From positions 1-53,930 of the forward strand of contig CALWTU010000013.1 in assembly GCA_944384515.1 (NCBI GenBank): DNA of 53,930 bases, written 5' to 3'. Source of the DNA: an uncultured Clostridia bacterium. Lineage in GTDB: Bacteria; Bacillota; Clostridia; Oscillospirales; CAG-272. The notes under the pieces were generated by a model. It was not told the origin of the DNA, did no database searches, and saw only the letters and a program-made list of their open reading frames with translations. Shown in pieces: positions 27,413-37,504 of the stretch; position 1 is the first letter of the stretch; each line of letters starts with the position of its first letter. The translations under genes and the position numbers were made by a program.

Positions 27413-28135
27413 ATGGGAAATGTCAATCACACACCTCACATTAACGCCTCCGTGGGAGATTTTGCAAAGACAGTATTAATGCCCGGAGATCCGCTGCGCT
27501 CAAAATTTATAGCTGAGAACTTTCTTGAGGGAGCAAGGCTTGTAAACAATGTCCGCTCGGTGCAGGGTTACACCGGTTTATACAAAGGCGAGAGGGTATC
27601 CGTTATGGCAAGCGGAATGGGAATGCCCTCGATAGGTATATATTCGTATGAGCTGTTTAAATTTTTCGGAGTTGAAAACATCATCCGCATAGGCTCGTGC
27701 GGCGGACTCAGCGAGAGTGTAAAAATGCGGGATATCATAGTAGGTATGGGAGCATGCACTACATCGAATTTTGCGGTGCAGTACTCGCTTGAGGGAACAT
27801 TCGCTCCGATAGGAAGCTATAACATCATGAAGACCGTTATAGAGGAAGCCGAGAGAATAGGCGCAAGATACAAAGTCGGCAACCTGCTCTCCTCCGATAT
27901 TTTCTACAACGCAAATCCTGCGGCAAGTCAGAAATGGACGGATATGGGAGTGCTGGGTGTTGAGATGGAGGCGGCGGCTCTTTACATGACGGCGGCATAC
28001 TGCAAAAAGAACGCACTGGCAATCTGCACAGTATCCGACCACCTGCTCACGGGCGAGTCGACGACGGCAGAAGAGAGGCAGACATCATTTACCGAAATGA
28101 TGGAAGTTGCTTTGAATACCGCAATAAGACTTTAA
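27413..28135 (+). CDS. deoD: purine nucleoside phosphorylase (DeoD type)
   Basis: TPHINA, LMPGDPLR, GMGMPS, IRIGSCGG, VEMEAAALY. Confidence 0.92.
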   Translation: MGNVNHTPHINASVGDFAKTVLMPGDPLRSKFIAENFLEGARLVNNVRSVQGYTGLYKGERVSVMASGMGMPSIGIYSYELFKFFGVENIIRIGSCGGLSESVKMRDIIVGMGACTTSNFAVQYSLEGTFAPIGSYNIMKTVIEEAERIGARYKVGNLLSSDIFYNANPAASQKWTDMGVLGVEMEAAALYMTAAYCKKNALAICTVSDHLLTGESTTAEERQTSFTEMMEVALNTAIRL

Positions 28136-28241
28136 GAATAAAATTTAACACGGGTACGGACTGCGTGGCAAAACTTTGCGCTCGCCTTTGGGCAGTCTGA
28201 GCTTTGCATGCACCTTGTGCCCTCTTTGAAGAGGAGTTATT

Positions 28242-29411
28242 ATGAAAAGAGTTTTTTTGATAGTACTTGACTCTGTCGGTATAGGATATGCGCCGGATGC
28301 GGAGAAATTTGCAGATGTCGGCGCAAACACAATGAAGAGAATATCCGAGTCAAAATATTTTAAACTCAAAAGTCTTATAAAGCTCGGACTTTCAAATATT
28401 GACGGAATAGACTACCTGCCAAAGGAGCCGTCCCCAATAGCCTCATATGCGAGACTGTCCGAACTCAGCATGGGCAAGGACACGACAATCGGTCACTGGG
28501 AGATATGCGGTATTGTTTCCGAAAAACCGCTCCCGACTTATCCCGACGGCTTCCCAAAAGAGATAATAGACGAGTTTAAACTTCGCACGGGTAGGGGCGT
28601 GCTGTGTAACAAGCCCTATTCCGGCACGGAAGTTATAGACAGATACGCAAAAGAGCATCAGCGTACGGGTGACCTTATTGTATACACCTCGGCAGACAGC
28701 GTTTTTCAGATTGCGGCAGACGAGGCGGTAGTGCCGGTCGAAGAACTTTACAGGTACTGCAAGATTGCAAGAGAAATTCTTGTCGGAAAGCATGCTGTCG
28801 GCAGAGTTATCGCGCGCCCGTTTATCGAGCTTGAAGACGGAAAGCACAAGAGGACTGCAAACAGGCACGACTTTTCCCTTCTTCCGCCGAAGCCGACACT
28901 GCTCGACGCCGTAAGTCAGGCAAAAAAAGAAGTTATTGCCGTCGGCAAGATTAACGATATTTTTGCCTCAAGAGGTGTCACCGAGAGCATACTTACCCAT
29001 GGAAACCGTGAGGGAATGGATATTACTTTCGGACTGCTCGAGCGTGATTTTGAGGGCTTGGCGTTTACAAACCTTGTTGATTTCGATATGCTTTACGGGC
29101 ACAGGCAGGACATTGACGGATATGCAAAGGCGCTGAGTGAATTTGATATGTGGATCGGAGAGTTTTGCAAAAAGGCAAATGATGACGACCTCATTATCAT
29201 TACGGCGGACCACGGCTGTGACCCCGGTGACAGTTCAACCGACCACACAAGGGAGTATGTACCTCTCATTATTTATAACAAGAAAATTGCACCGAAAAAC
29301 CTCGGCACGCAGAGAGGTTTTACCACCGTCTCAGAGCTTTGCGCAAAGGCGCTCAATGTCACATTCACACCCGACGCCGTGAGCGGCATTGCAGACGCAT
29401 TTGATTTTTAG
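28242..29411 (+). CDS. deoB: phosphopentomutase
   Basis: LIVLDSVGIG, GKDTTIGHWE, NLVDFDMLYGHR, TADHGCDP. Confidence 0.92.
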   Translation: MKRVFLIVLDSVGIGYAPDAEKFADVGANTMKRISESKYFKLKSLIKLGLSNIDGIDYLPKEPSPIASYARLSELSMGKDTTIGHWEICGIVSEKPLPTYPDGFPKEIIDEFKLRTGRGVLCNKPYSGTEVIDRYAKEHQRTGDLIVYTSADSVFQIAADEAVVPVEELYRYCKIAREILVGKHAVGRVIARPFIELEDGKHKRTANRHDFSLLPPKPTLLDAVSQAKKEVIAVGKINDIFASRGVTESILTHGNREGMDITFGLLERDFEGLAFTNLVDFDMLYGHRQDIDGYAKALSEFDMWIGEFCKKANDDDLIIITADHGCDPGDSSTDHTREYVPLIIYNKKIAPKNLGTQRGFTTVSELCAKALNVTFTPDAVSGIADAFDF

Positions 29412-29431
29412 TTATTTTATATTTTTACGCT

Positions 29432-29457
29432 CTCCCGTGATAAAACACGGGAGTTTT
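29432..29457 (+). terminator. terminator or attenuating hairpin after deoB
   Basis: CTCCCGTG / CACGGGAG stem followed by TTTT. Confidence 0.55.
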
Positions 29458-29484
29458 ACTCAGAGTTAATGAAGGAGTATTTAT

Positions 29485-29898
29485 ATGTCTGAAACCGAAA
29501 TGAAAAAATATTGCAGCATGGCAATCAAAGAAAGAGACAACGCATACTCTCCTTACTCAAACATATCCGTCGGTGCGGTCCTCGTCACAAAGGACGGAAA
29601 GATATACTGCGGAGCAAATATAGAAAACGCCTCGTTTACCCCGACGGTATGCGCGGAGAGAGTTGCCTTCTTCAAAGCCGTAAACAGCGGTGAGAGGCAT
29701 TTTTCAAAAATTTTTATTGCCGGGGGAAAATGCGGCGAGCCCTCCTCCGACTACTTCCCTCCCTGCGGTGTTTGCAGACAGGTTATGGCGGAATTCTGCA
29801 ATGATGACTTTGAGGTTATTCTTGTTAAGGAAAACGGTTACAAAAAAATTACTTTTCCCGAAATTCTCCCCTACAGATTTGATAGCAATTTTATGTAA
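29485..29898 (+). CDS. cdd: cytidine deaminase
   Basis: Zinc motifs CAERVA and PCGVCRQ. 137 aa. Confidence 0.92.
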   Translation: MSETEMKKYCSMAIKERDNAYSPYSNISVGAVLVTKDGKIYCGANIENASFTPTVCAERVAFFKAVNSGERHFSKIFIAGGKCGEPSSDYFPPCGVCRQVMAEFCNDDFEVILVKENGYKKITFPEILPYRFDSNFM

Positions 29899-30135
29899 AT
29901 AAGGCGACAAAGGTGCATTTTTTCAACCGGCTTTGCATATTATATAGGTAAAAAACAAAAAAATGTGCATGAATCGGAGCGGAATTTTCTTAATAACTTT
30001 TATCTTTATTGTCATTTTTTCAAGATTTTTTATAGATACTGTATAAAATTATGTTCCTTCATTTTATAAAATATGTGACAAATTGCTAATTTTTGTGAGT
30101 AAAAATTGTGTAATATGTAGATTTTTCCAAAAAGA

Positions 30136-30164
30136 TTGAATTTTGTCGGTAATAATGGTATACT
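30136..30164 (+). promoter_or_regulatory. candidate promoter of the BMP lipoprotein gene
   Basis: TTGAAT (30136-30141), a 17-nt spacer, then TATACT (30159-30164) with TG at -15/-14. Confidence 0.5.
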
Positions 30165-30206
30165 ATGTATGTAATACCCTATTACAATTAAAACGGAGGA
30201 TGCTTT

Positions 30207-31310
30207 ATGAAAAAATTTTTCTCTCTTCTACTCACGGCGGCAATGCTGTTTGGTATGGTTGCCGTATTCGGCTCTTGCGGAAATGACACATACGAAATTG
30301 CAATGGTTACCGATGTAGGACTTCTCAGAGACGGTTCCTTCAACGAGGGAACATGGAACGGCGTTGAGGCTTATGCAAAAGCGAACGATATCACTTACAA
30401 ATACTATCAGCCGGCTAACGGCTCGGACGCAACAGATGATGACCGTTACAACGCATTCAAGGCTGCTATCGCAAACGGAGCCAAGATAGTTGTTGCTCCC
30501 GGCTACATGCAGGAAAAAGCACTCAAGAGAATTGCAGCAGAAAATCCCACAGTCAACTTTATTTTCATTGACGGATGGCCTCTTACAGATGATAACAACA
30601 AAGTCCTCTCAAATGTTGCCGCAGTTGCATATCAGGAGGAGCAGTGCGGATATCTTGCAGGTTATGCGGCAGTTAAGCTCGGATATACCAAGCTCGGATT
30701 TACAGGCGGCGGCGGTGGAACAAACCCTGCTGTTAACAGATACGGTTACGGTTATGTACAGGGAGCAATTGCCGCTGCCGAAGAATTAAATGTAAATGTT
30801 GAAATGAAGTACTCATTCAAATACGGCGCAAGCTTTTCTGCTTCTACAGATCTTCAGACACAGATAACAGGCTGGTACAACAACGGTACGGAAGTTGTAT
30901 TCTCCTGCGGCGGAGCAATGTGCTCATCCGTATTTGCAGCGGCTGCTGTAGGCGGTGACAAGACAATCGGTGTTGACGTTGACCAGTCAGATGACTCGAA
31001 TACTGTTATCACATCCGCTATGAAAGGTCTTAAGGAGTCTGTAGAGATCATGCTCGGCAAGTTCTATCAGAACAAATGGTCAGAGTGCGGCGGCAAGCTC
31101 ACAACTCTCGGAGCAAAGGATAACGCAGTAGGTCTTCCCGAGACAACAAAGTTCGTTGAGGGCAAATTCACTATGAACGATTACAAGGCACTCTTCAACA
31201 AAATTGTTGACGGTACTATCACTGTCAAAGCTGATTACACCGACTTCATGACACAGATTGATAACGGCACATACTCAAACAGCAGACTTACTCTCATATA
31301 CGAGAAATAA
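30207..31310 (+). CDS. BMP-family (PnrA/Med-like) ABC substrate-binding lipoprotein, probable nucleoside binding
   Basis: Signal peptide with lipobox VFGSC, followed by a BMP-like body (VTDVGLLRDGSFNEG, DVDQS). Confidence 0.85.
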   Translation: MKKFFSLLLTAAMLFGMVAVFGSCGNDTYEIAMVTDVGLLRDGSFNEGTWNGVEAYAKANDITYKYYQPANGSDATDDDRYNAFKAAIANGAKIVVAPGYMQEKALKRIAAENPTVNFIFIDGWPLTDDNNKVLSNVAAVAYQEEQCGYLAGYAAVKLGYTKLGFTGGGGGTNPAVNRYGYGYVQGAIAAAEELNVNVEMKYSFKYGASFSASTDLQTQITGWYNNGTEVVFSCGGAMCSSVFAAAAVGGDKTIGVDVDQSDDSNTVITSAMKGLKESVEIMLGKFYQNKWSECGGKLTTLGAKDNAVGLPETTKFVEGKFTMNDYKALFNKIVDGTITVKADYTDFMTQIDNGTYSNSRLTLIYEK

Positions 31311-31369
31311 TTTCTGCCGTCCGTATGTCTGCCGATTAATACTCGCCTTGATTATGAGGTGATATAAGG

Positions 31370-31414
31370 GGCTGTCTCAAATGCAACTTTCAGCGCATTT
31401 GAGACAGCCTTTTT
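31370..31414 (+). terminator. intrinsic terminator between the binding-protein gene and the ABC ATPase
   Basis: 15-bp perfect stem GGCTGTCTCAAATGC / GCATTTGAGACAGCC followed by TTTTT. Confidence 0.75.
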
Positions 31415-31566
31415 CGTCAATCTTATCAGTCTCTTTTTTAAAATATTTTCACTTTACAAAAGCTTAAAAGCAACCATTTCCTTTTGTGCTTTTTATACTC
31501 CGTTTGGCAAATTTCATAAATATTTGCGTTTTTTTTAATATTTTTTGTGTAAAAGTTAATTTTAAC

Positions 31567-31595
31567 TTGTAATATCCTGTAACATAATGTATAAT
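31567..31595 (+). promoter_or_regulatory. candidate internal promoter for the ABC ATPase and permease genes
   Basis: TTGTAA (31567-31572), a 17-nt spacer, then TATAAT (31590-31595). Confidence 0.5.
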
Positions 31596-31626
31596 ATACA
31601 TATCAATTCGGAAAGGTTGTGCCCAT

Positions 31627-33153
31627 ATGAATAATGATTATATAGTTGAAATGCTGGGAATCACAAAGGAGTTTCCCGGAATAATAGCCAACGATAACAT
31701 TACATTGCAGCTCAGACGCGGAGAAATTCATGCTCTGCTCGGAGAAAACGGCGCCGGAAAATCCACACTGATGAGCGTACTCTTCGGTCTGTACAAGCCT
31801 GAAAAAGGAATTATAAAAAAGAACGGCGAGCAGATTGAAATCAATGACCCCAACGATGCGACAAGATACGGCATTGGCATGGTGCATCAGCACTTCAAGC
31901 TTGTAGAGTGCTTTACCGTGCTTGAAAACATCATTCTCGGAATGGAGAGCACGAAATTCGGCTTTCTCAAGAAAAAAGAAACCCGAAAGAGGATTGTTGA
32001 GCTGTCGAAAAAGTACGGCCTTGATGTAGATCCCGATGCAAGAATTGATGAGATAACCGTGGGAATGCAGCAGAGAACGGAAATTCTGAAAATGCTCTAC
32101 CGCAACAACGAGGTACTGATTTTCGACGAGCCGACAGCCGTTCTTACACCGCAGGAAATAGACGAGCTTATGCACATTATGAAAAATCTTGCGAGAGAGG
32201 GCAAGTCAATTCTCTTTATCTCTCACAAGCTGAATGAAATTATGTCTGTTGCCGACAGGTGCAGTATTCTGAGAAAGGGAAAATATATCGGCACGGTGGA
32301 TATCAAAGACACAACCAAGGAAGAACTGTCAAGAATGATGGTGGGCCGTGAAGTAAAATTTGAAGTTGAAAAAAAAGAGGCGAAGCCCGGAGAATGCATA
32401 CTTAAGGTCGAAGGTCTCACGGTTGCCTCAAAGTCCCACGGCAACAACGCCATCAAAAACATATCCTTTGAGGTGCGTGCCGGAGAAATCGTGTGCATTG
32501 CGGGTATAGACGGCAACGGACAGAGCGAGTGCGTCTATGCACTGACAGGTCTTGAGAAGGCGACAAGCGGAAAGGTCACCCTGCTTTCCGAAGATATTAC
32601 TCATGCCTCTGTCAGAAAGAGATCTCTCTGCGGAATGAGCCATATTCCGGAAGACAGGCACAAATACGGTTTGGTTCTTGACTTTGAACTTCAGCAAAAT
32701 CTTGTTTTGCAGAAATATTTTGAGCCGAGATTTCAAAATCACGGTTTCATAAAGTTTGATGAGGTTAAAAAATACGCCGATGATCTCATTGAAAAATTTG
32801 ATGTCCGTTCGGGACAGGGTGCAATAACAAAAACCCGCTCAATGTCCGGAGGAAATCAGCAAAAGGCAATTATCGCCAGAGAGCTTGACAAAAATCCCAA
32901 ACTGCTTGTTGCCGTACAGCCCACAAGAGGTCTTGATGTCGGCGCAATAGAGTATATACACAAAAACCTTGTTGAACAAAGAGACAAAGGAAACGCAGTT
33001 TTGCTCGTATCGCTCGAGCTTGATGAGGTTATGTCCGTCTCTGACAGAATTCTTGTAATGTACGAGGGTGAAATTACGGGTGAACTTGACCCGAAAAAGA
33101 CAACCCCTGAAGAACTCGGTCTATACATGTCCGGCGCAAAAAGAAATATCTGA
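31627..33153 (+). CDS. ABC transporter ATP-binding protein, duplicated ATPase (nucleoside/sugar CUT2 type)
   Basis: Walker A GENGAGKST, a second half with GIDGNGQSE, and signature LSGGNQQK. 508 aa. Confidence 0.9.
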   Translation: MNNDYIVEMLGITKEFPGIIANDNITLQLRRGEIHALLGENGAGKSTLMSVLFGLYKPEKGIIKKNGEQIEINDPNDATRYGIGMVHQHFKLVECFTVLENIILGMESTKFGFLKKKETRKRIVELSKKYGLDVDPDARIDEITVGMQQRTEILKMLYRNNEVLIFDEPTAVLTPQEIDELMHIMKNLAREGKSILFISHKLNEIMSVADRCSILRKGKYIGTVDIKDTTKEELSRMMVGREVKFEVEKKEAKPGECILKVEGLTVASKSHGNNAIKNISFEVRAGEIVCIAGIDGNGQSECVYALTGLEKATSGKVTLLSEDITHASVRKRSLCGMSHIPEDRHKYGLVLDFELQQNLVLQKYFEPRFQNHGFIKFDEVKKYADDLIEKFDVRSGQGAITKTRSMSGGNQQKAIIARELDKNPKLLVAVQPTRGLDVGAIEYIHKNLVEQRDKGNAVLLVSLELDEVMSVSDRILVMYEGEITGELDPKKTTPEELGLYMSGAKRNI

Positions 33154-33171
33154 AAAGGAGAAAAGTAAACG

Positions 33172-34521
33172 ATGAAAAATCCATTTAAAAAGAAACTCGC
33201 CCTACCCTCTCTTTCAAGCGACAGGACAAAGACCATTGCATCCTCGCTTGTATCAATCGGAATGGGAATTGTATTCGGATGCTTGCTCCTCTTTCTGATA
33301 GCGTGCTTTGATCAGTTCATTTCGGATTATCAGGATATACCCGTCGGACAGTCATTCAAGGGAATGCTTGTAATAATTCTCGGTGTTTTCAGCTCCGCAA
33401 TAGGCGGAGGAATTTCCACCGCATACCTTATCGGAGATATGCTCTTCCGTGCCACCCCTCTTATTATGACAGGTCTGTCCGCTGCGCTCGCTTATAAAAC
33501 AGGACTTTTCAATATCGGCGCCCCCGGTCAGTATCTTATGGGCACTGTCACCTCCATTTCCGTGGCGCTCACTCTCGGAATGAACGGAGTAAACGGTTTT
33601 ATATCCTGGATAGTTGCATTCTTAGCCGCAATAATTGCGGGTGCGCTGTGGGGATGTATACCCGGACTGTTCAAGGCGTTTTTCAATGTAAACGAGGTTA
33701 TCACATCTATCATGACCAACTGGATTGCCGCAAACTTCGTCACATGGTTCTTCTCTACCATGAAGCAGTTCCAAAACACTCTGACAGTAAACAAAACCGG
33801 CTACACTATCACAACCGGAACATACGGTGTGGCTACGCCGAAGCTGTTTTTGAATTTTGACGGCAGTTATGCAAACGGAGGTATACTTATTGCGATACTG
33901 CTCGCTGTCGGAGTTTATGTGCTGCTGAACAAAACAACCTTCGGCTTTGAGCTTAAGGCTTGCGGCTCAAACAAGAACGCCGCAAAATATGCGGGAATGA
34001 GTGCAAAAAGAAATATTGTCTTATCAATGGCACTTGCGGGAGGTTTGTCCGCAGTAGGAGCCGCACTCTATTACCTGCAGGGAGATATAGAATACAGCTG
34101 GACTAACGCATATATGTCCTTGCCGCAGGTAGGCTTTAACGGTATTCCCGTCGCTCTGCTTGCAAACTGCAATCCCATCGGCACAATTTTTGCGGCTTTG
34201 TTTATGGCTTATCTCAATATTTCGGGCAGTCAGCTCAGAATACTGACCTTCTATGACAGCGAATATATTTCAAATATAATTATTGCAGTCATTGTATACC
34301 TGAGTGCGTTCTCCGTTTTCTTTAAATCGGTTATCAACGGCGAACACAAGCTCTTCTCCTTCGCAAAAAGCAAAGACGGAGAAAACGACGGTGCGAAAAA
34401 CTTTATAAAACGATTTGCAGATAAAATTTCCTCTCTGAAAAAGAATAAAAATACGGTGGCCGCGGACAAGCAGTCTGACTCCGCCGAAAAGGAATGCGTA
34501 AAGGAGGATAACAATGGTTAA
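33172..34521 (+). CDS. ABC transporter permease with a charged C-terminal tail
   Basis: Multi-TM protein of the RnsC/NupP-like CUT2 permease type. About 60 aa of hydrophilic C-terminal extension. Confidence 0.82.
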   Translation: MKNPFKKKLALPSLSSDRTKTIASSLVSIGMGIVFGCLLLFLIACFDQFISDYQDIPVGQSFKGMLVIILGVFSSAIGGGISTAYLIGDMLFRATPLIMTGLSAALAYKTGLFNIGAPGQYLMGTVTSISVALTLGMNGVNGFISWIVAFLAAIIAGALWGCIPGLFKAFFNVNEVITSIMTNWIAANFVTWFFSTMKQFQNTLTVNKTGYTITTGTYGVATPKLFLNFDGSYANGGILIAILLAVGVYVLLNKTTFGFELKACGSNKNAAKYAGMSAKRNIVLSMALAGGLSAVGAALYYLQGDIEYSWTNAYMSLPQVGFNGIPVALLANCNPIGTIFAALFMAYLNISGSQLRILTFYDSEYISNIIIAVIVYLSAFSVFFKSVINGEHKLFSFAKSKDGENDGAKNFIKRFADKISSLKKNKNTVAADKQSDSAEKECVKEDNNG

Positions 34522-35482
34522 CTTACTTCAACAAACAATTCTCTTTACCGTACCGCTTATTCTGGTCGCTCTCGCGGGAGTTTTCGCAGAGCGAAGCGGT
34601 ATCATAAACCTTGCTCTTGAAGGTATTATGATTATAGGTGCATTCGGCGGCGTACTGTTCATCAGGGGTATGCAAAATGCAGGCTTCCCGAGAGAACTCG
34701 GACAGCTTTTGCTCATACTCGGTCTTATCGTAACCGCAATTGTCGGTGCACTCTTCTCCCTCTTGCTCTCCTTTTCCGCTATAAAAATGAAGGCGGATCA
34801 GACAATCGGAGGAACAGCCCTTAACCTTCTTGCTCCCGCAATTGCTCTGTTCATTATCAATGTCGTATTTCTTGACAGCCGACTGACTATAAACGGAGAT
34901 GCGCCGAGTTGGTTTATGCTCGGACGGGGCGATCTTGAAAGTCTCGGATTTATCGGAGATATACTCTTCAGAAAATTCTATATCACAACATATATCGGTA
35001 TTGCGATATATGTCATACTCTCGGTTATTCTCTACAAGACAAAATTCGGTCTTAGACTCCGTGCCTGCGGAGAGCACCCACAGGCGGCAGATTCTGTCGG
35101 AATCAATGTTTATAAAATGCGTTATATCGGAACCACCATTTCAGGCGCTCTCGCAGGTATGGGCGGTTATATTTACTCTGTCACAACCGCAAATGCCGTA
35201 GCAGACGGTTCTGTTGCGGGATTCGGTTTCCTTGCTCTTGCGGTTATGATTTTCGGAAACTGGAAGCCGCTGAATATTGCAATTGCAGGCACGGTATTCG
35301 GTCTGTTCAAATGCCTGTCCGCCGTATCCGCGCAGATACCTTTCCTCAACAACCTCGGCATCAGCACATATTTTTATAATATGCTGCCCTATATCATTAC
35401 TCTTGTCATTCTTGCCTTTACCTCAAAGAAATCCATGGCTCCGAAGGCTGAAGGTATTCCGTACGATAAAGGACAGAGATAA
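34514..35482 (+). CDS. ABC transporter permease
   Basis: Multi-TM protein of the RnsD/NupQ-like type. Overlaps the upstream permease by 8 nt. Confidence 0.85.
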   Translation: MVNLLQQTILFTVPLILVALAGVFAERSGIINLALEGIMIIGAFGGVLFIRGMQNAGFPRELGQLLLILGLIVTAIVGALFSLLLSFSAIKMKADQTIGGTALNLLAPAIALFIINVVFLDSRLTINGDAPSWFMLGRGDLESLGFIGDILFRKFYITTYIGIAIYVILSVILYKTKFGLRLRACGEHPQAADSVGINVYKMRYIGTTISGALAGMGGYIYSVTTANAVADGSVAGFGFLALAVMIFGNWKPLNIAIAGTVFGLFKCLSAVSAQIPFLNNLGISTYFYNMLPYIITLVILAFTSKKSMAPKAEGIPYDKGQR

Positions 35483-35555
35483 CTTTTCAGGTATGTTGAT
35501 AGGAGACTATGCTGTTTTGCCTATTTTAACCGGAGTGAATAAGTGAGGAAAAAAT

Positions 35556-36869
35556 ATGAGAATGTATGATATTATAACGAAAAAAAAGATGGGCGAGAGC
35601 CTGACAAAAGAAGAAATTTACGGATTTGTCGAGGGGTATACAAAAGGCGAGATACCCGACTATCAAGTCTCCGCCTTGCTGATGGCAATATGCTTTCAGG
35701 GAATGAACGATGAGGAGACGGCTTTTCTGACGAACGCTATTGAGGCATCCGGAGACTGTATCGACCTTGCCGAATTCGGAAAGCTGACGGTTGACAAACA
35801 TTCAACGGGAGGCGTCGGAGACAAGACTACGCTTATTGTTGCGCCTCTTGCCGCATCGCTCGGCTGTAAGGTTGCCAAAATGAGCGGAAGAGGACTTGGG
35901 CATACGGGAGGAACGGTTGACAAGCTTGAGTCCTTCCCCGGCTACAAAACATCTCTTACAAAAGAAGAATTCATATCCTGTGTAAGAGAGCACGGCATAT
36001 GCGTTATCGGTCAAAGCGGAAATCTTGCACCTGCCGACAAAAAGCTTTACGCACTGCGGGACGTTACCGCCACGGTAAACTCACTGCCGCTTATCTGCTC
36101 TTCCATAATGGGCAAGAAGCTTGCGTCCGGCGCAAACTCAATAGTACTTGATGTAAAATGCGGCTCGGGTTCTTTTATGAAAACGCCCAAAGATGCAACA
36201 GAGCTTGCCGAGAGAATGGTGAAAATCGGAAGTATGTGCAAAAAAAATGTTGCGGCGCTCATAACCGATATGGACAGACCTCTCGGCTATGAGATAGGAA
36301 ACATTCTTGAGGTCAAGGAGGCTATCGCGGTGCTTATGGGAGAGGGACCGGAGGACCTTGTCGAAATCTGTCTCTCGCTTGCCTCGCTGATGGCGCATCT
36401 GTCGCTCGATATACCGCTCCCTGAGGCAAGGTCGAGGGCGGAAGAAGCTCTCAGATCCGGTCTTGCTTACGAAAAATTCAAAGAATGGCTCAAGGCACAG
36501 GGTGCTGATATCTCGTATGCGGAAAACACAAGTCTGTTTCCGGTTGCAAAGTACAAATATGACATTGTCAGCGAGACGGACGGATATATCTCGGCTATGG
36601 ATGCGGAAAAAATCGGACTATGTGCAGTGTGTCTCGGTGCCGGAAGAATGACAAAGACTGACAGTATAGACCTTAGTGCCGGAATTACGCTCAAAAAGAA
36701 AACAGGCGATTTTGTCAGAAAAGGCGAGACTGTCATGACGCTTTACTCAAATGATGAAGCGAAGTTCTCCACAGCTGAAGCGGAGCTTTCAGGAGCTTTA
36801 TCATACAGCAAAACTCCCGCACATGAAAGAAAACTTATCTACAAAACCATTACAAAAGAGGATATTTGA
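35556..36869 (+). CDS. pdp: pyrimidine-nucleoside (thymidine) phosphorylase
   Basis: DKHSTGGVGDKT, SGRGLGHTGGTVDKLE. 437 aa. Confidence 0.92.
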   Translation: MRMYDIITKKKMGESLTKEEIYGFVEGYTKGEIPDYQVSALLMAICFQGMNDEETAFLTNAIEASGDCIDLAEFGKLTVDKHSTGGVGDKTTLIVAPLAASLGCKVAKMSGRGLGHTGGTVDKLESFPGYKTSLTKEEFISCVREHGICVIGQSGNLAPADKKLYALRDVTATVNSLPLICSSIMGKKLASGANSIVLDVKCGSGSFMKTPKDATELAERMVKIGSMCKKNVAALITDMDRPLGYEIGNILEVKEAIAVLMGEGPEDLVEICLSLASLMAHLSLDIPLPEARSRAEEALRSGLAYEKFKEWLKAQGADISYAENTSLFPVAKYKYDIVSETDGYISAMDAEKIGLCAVCLGAGRMTKTDSIDLSAGITLKKKTGDFVRKGETVMTLYSNDEAKFSTAEAELSGALSYSKTPAHERKLIYKTITKEDI

Positions 36870-37504
36870 CTATGGACATTATGATTATAGGTATTGCGGG
36901 CGGAACCGGAAGCGGCAAAAGCACGCTGTCAAAAAACATCTCTCAGTACTTCGGCGACAGAATAACGGTAATACGGCATGACGACTACTACAAGGCGCAC
37001 GACGACATGTCATACGAAGAGAGGGCGCAGCTCAATTACGACCATCCGGACGCATTTGACACGCCCCTGCTCTTAAAGCACCTTGACATGCTCAAATGCG
37101 GCATGGAAATTGACTGCCCGATTTATGACTACACTGTCCACAACCGCTCAAAAGAGACAAGACGAATAGTTCCCACCCCCGTTATAATACTTGAGGGAAT
37201 ACTGATTTTTGAAAACAAAGATGTCTGTGACAGAATGGATCTTAAGATTTTTGTTGACACGGACGCGGATGTGCGGATTATCAGGAGAATAATCCGCGAT
37301 GTCAAGAAGCGTGCGAGAACTCTCGAGTCGGTAGTGACACAGTACCTCACGACGGTAAAGCCGATGCACGAGGCATTTGTCGAGCCGAGCAAAAAGCATG
37401 CCGATATTATAATACCCGAGGGAGGCAAAAACCCCGTCGCTTACGGTATGATTATAGACAAAATCAAATTACAGTTGGATAAAGAAAGTGAAAAAACAGT
37501 TTAA
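36866..37504 (+). CDS. udk: uridine kinase
   Basis: P-loop GIAGGTGSGKST, HDDYYK, YDHPDAFD. Its ATGA start overlaps the end of pdp. Confidence 0.92.
   Translation: MTMDIMIIGIAGGTGSGKSTLSKNISQYFGDRITVIRHDDYYKAHDDMSYEERAQLNYDHPDAFDTPLLLKHLDMLKCGMEIDCPIYDYTVHNRSKETRRIVPTPVIILEGILIFENKDVCDRMDLKIFVDTDADVRIIRRIIRDVKKRARTLESVVTQYLTTVKPMHEAFVEPSKKHADIIIPEGGKNPVAYGMIIDKIKLQLDKESEKTV

Noticed and set aside
28145-28369. The minus-strand 74-aa ORF spanning the deoD-deoB spacer.
   Set aside because: It overlaps the deoB start on the opposite strand, has no SD, and sits inside a co-directional operon.
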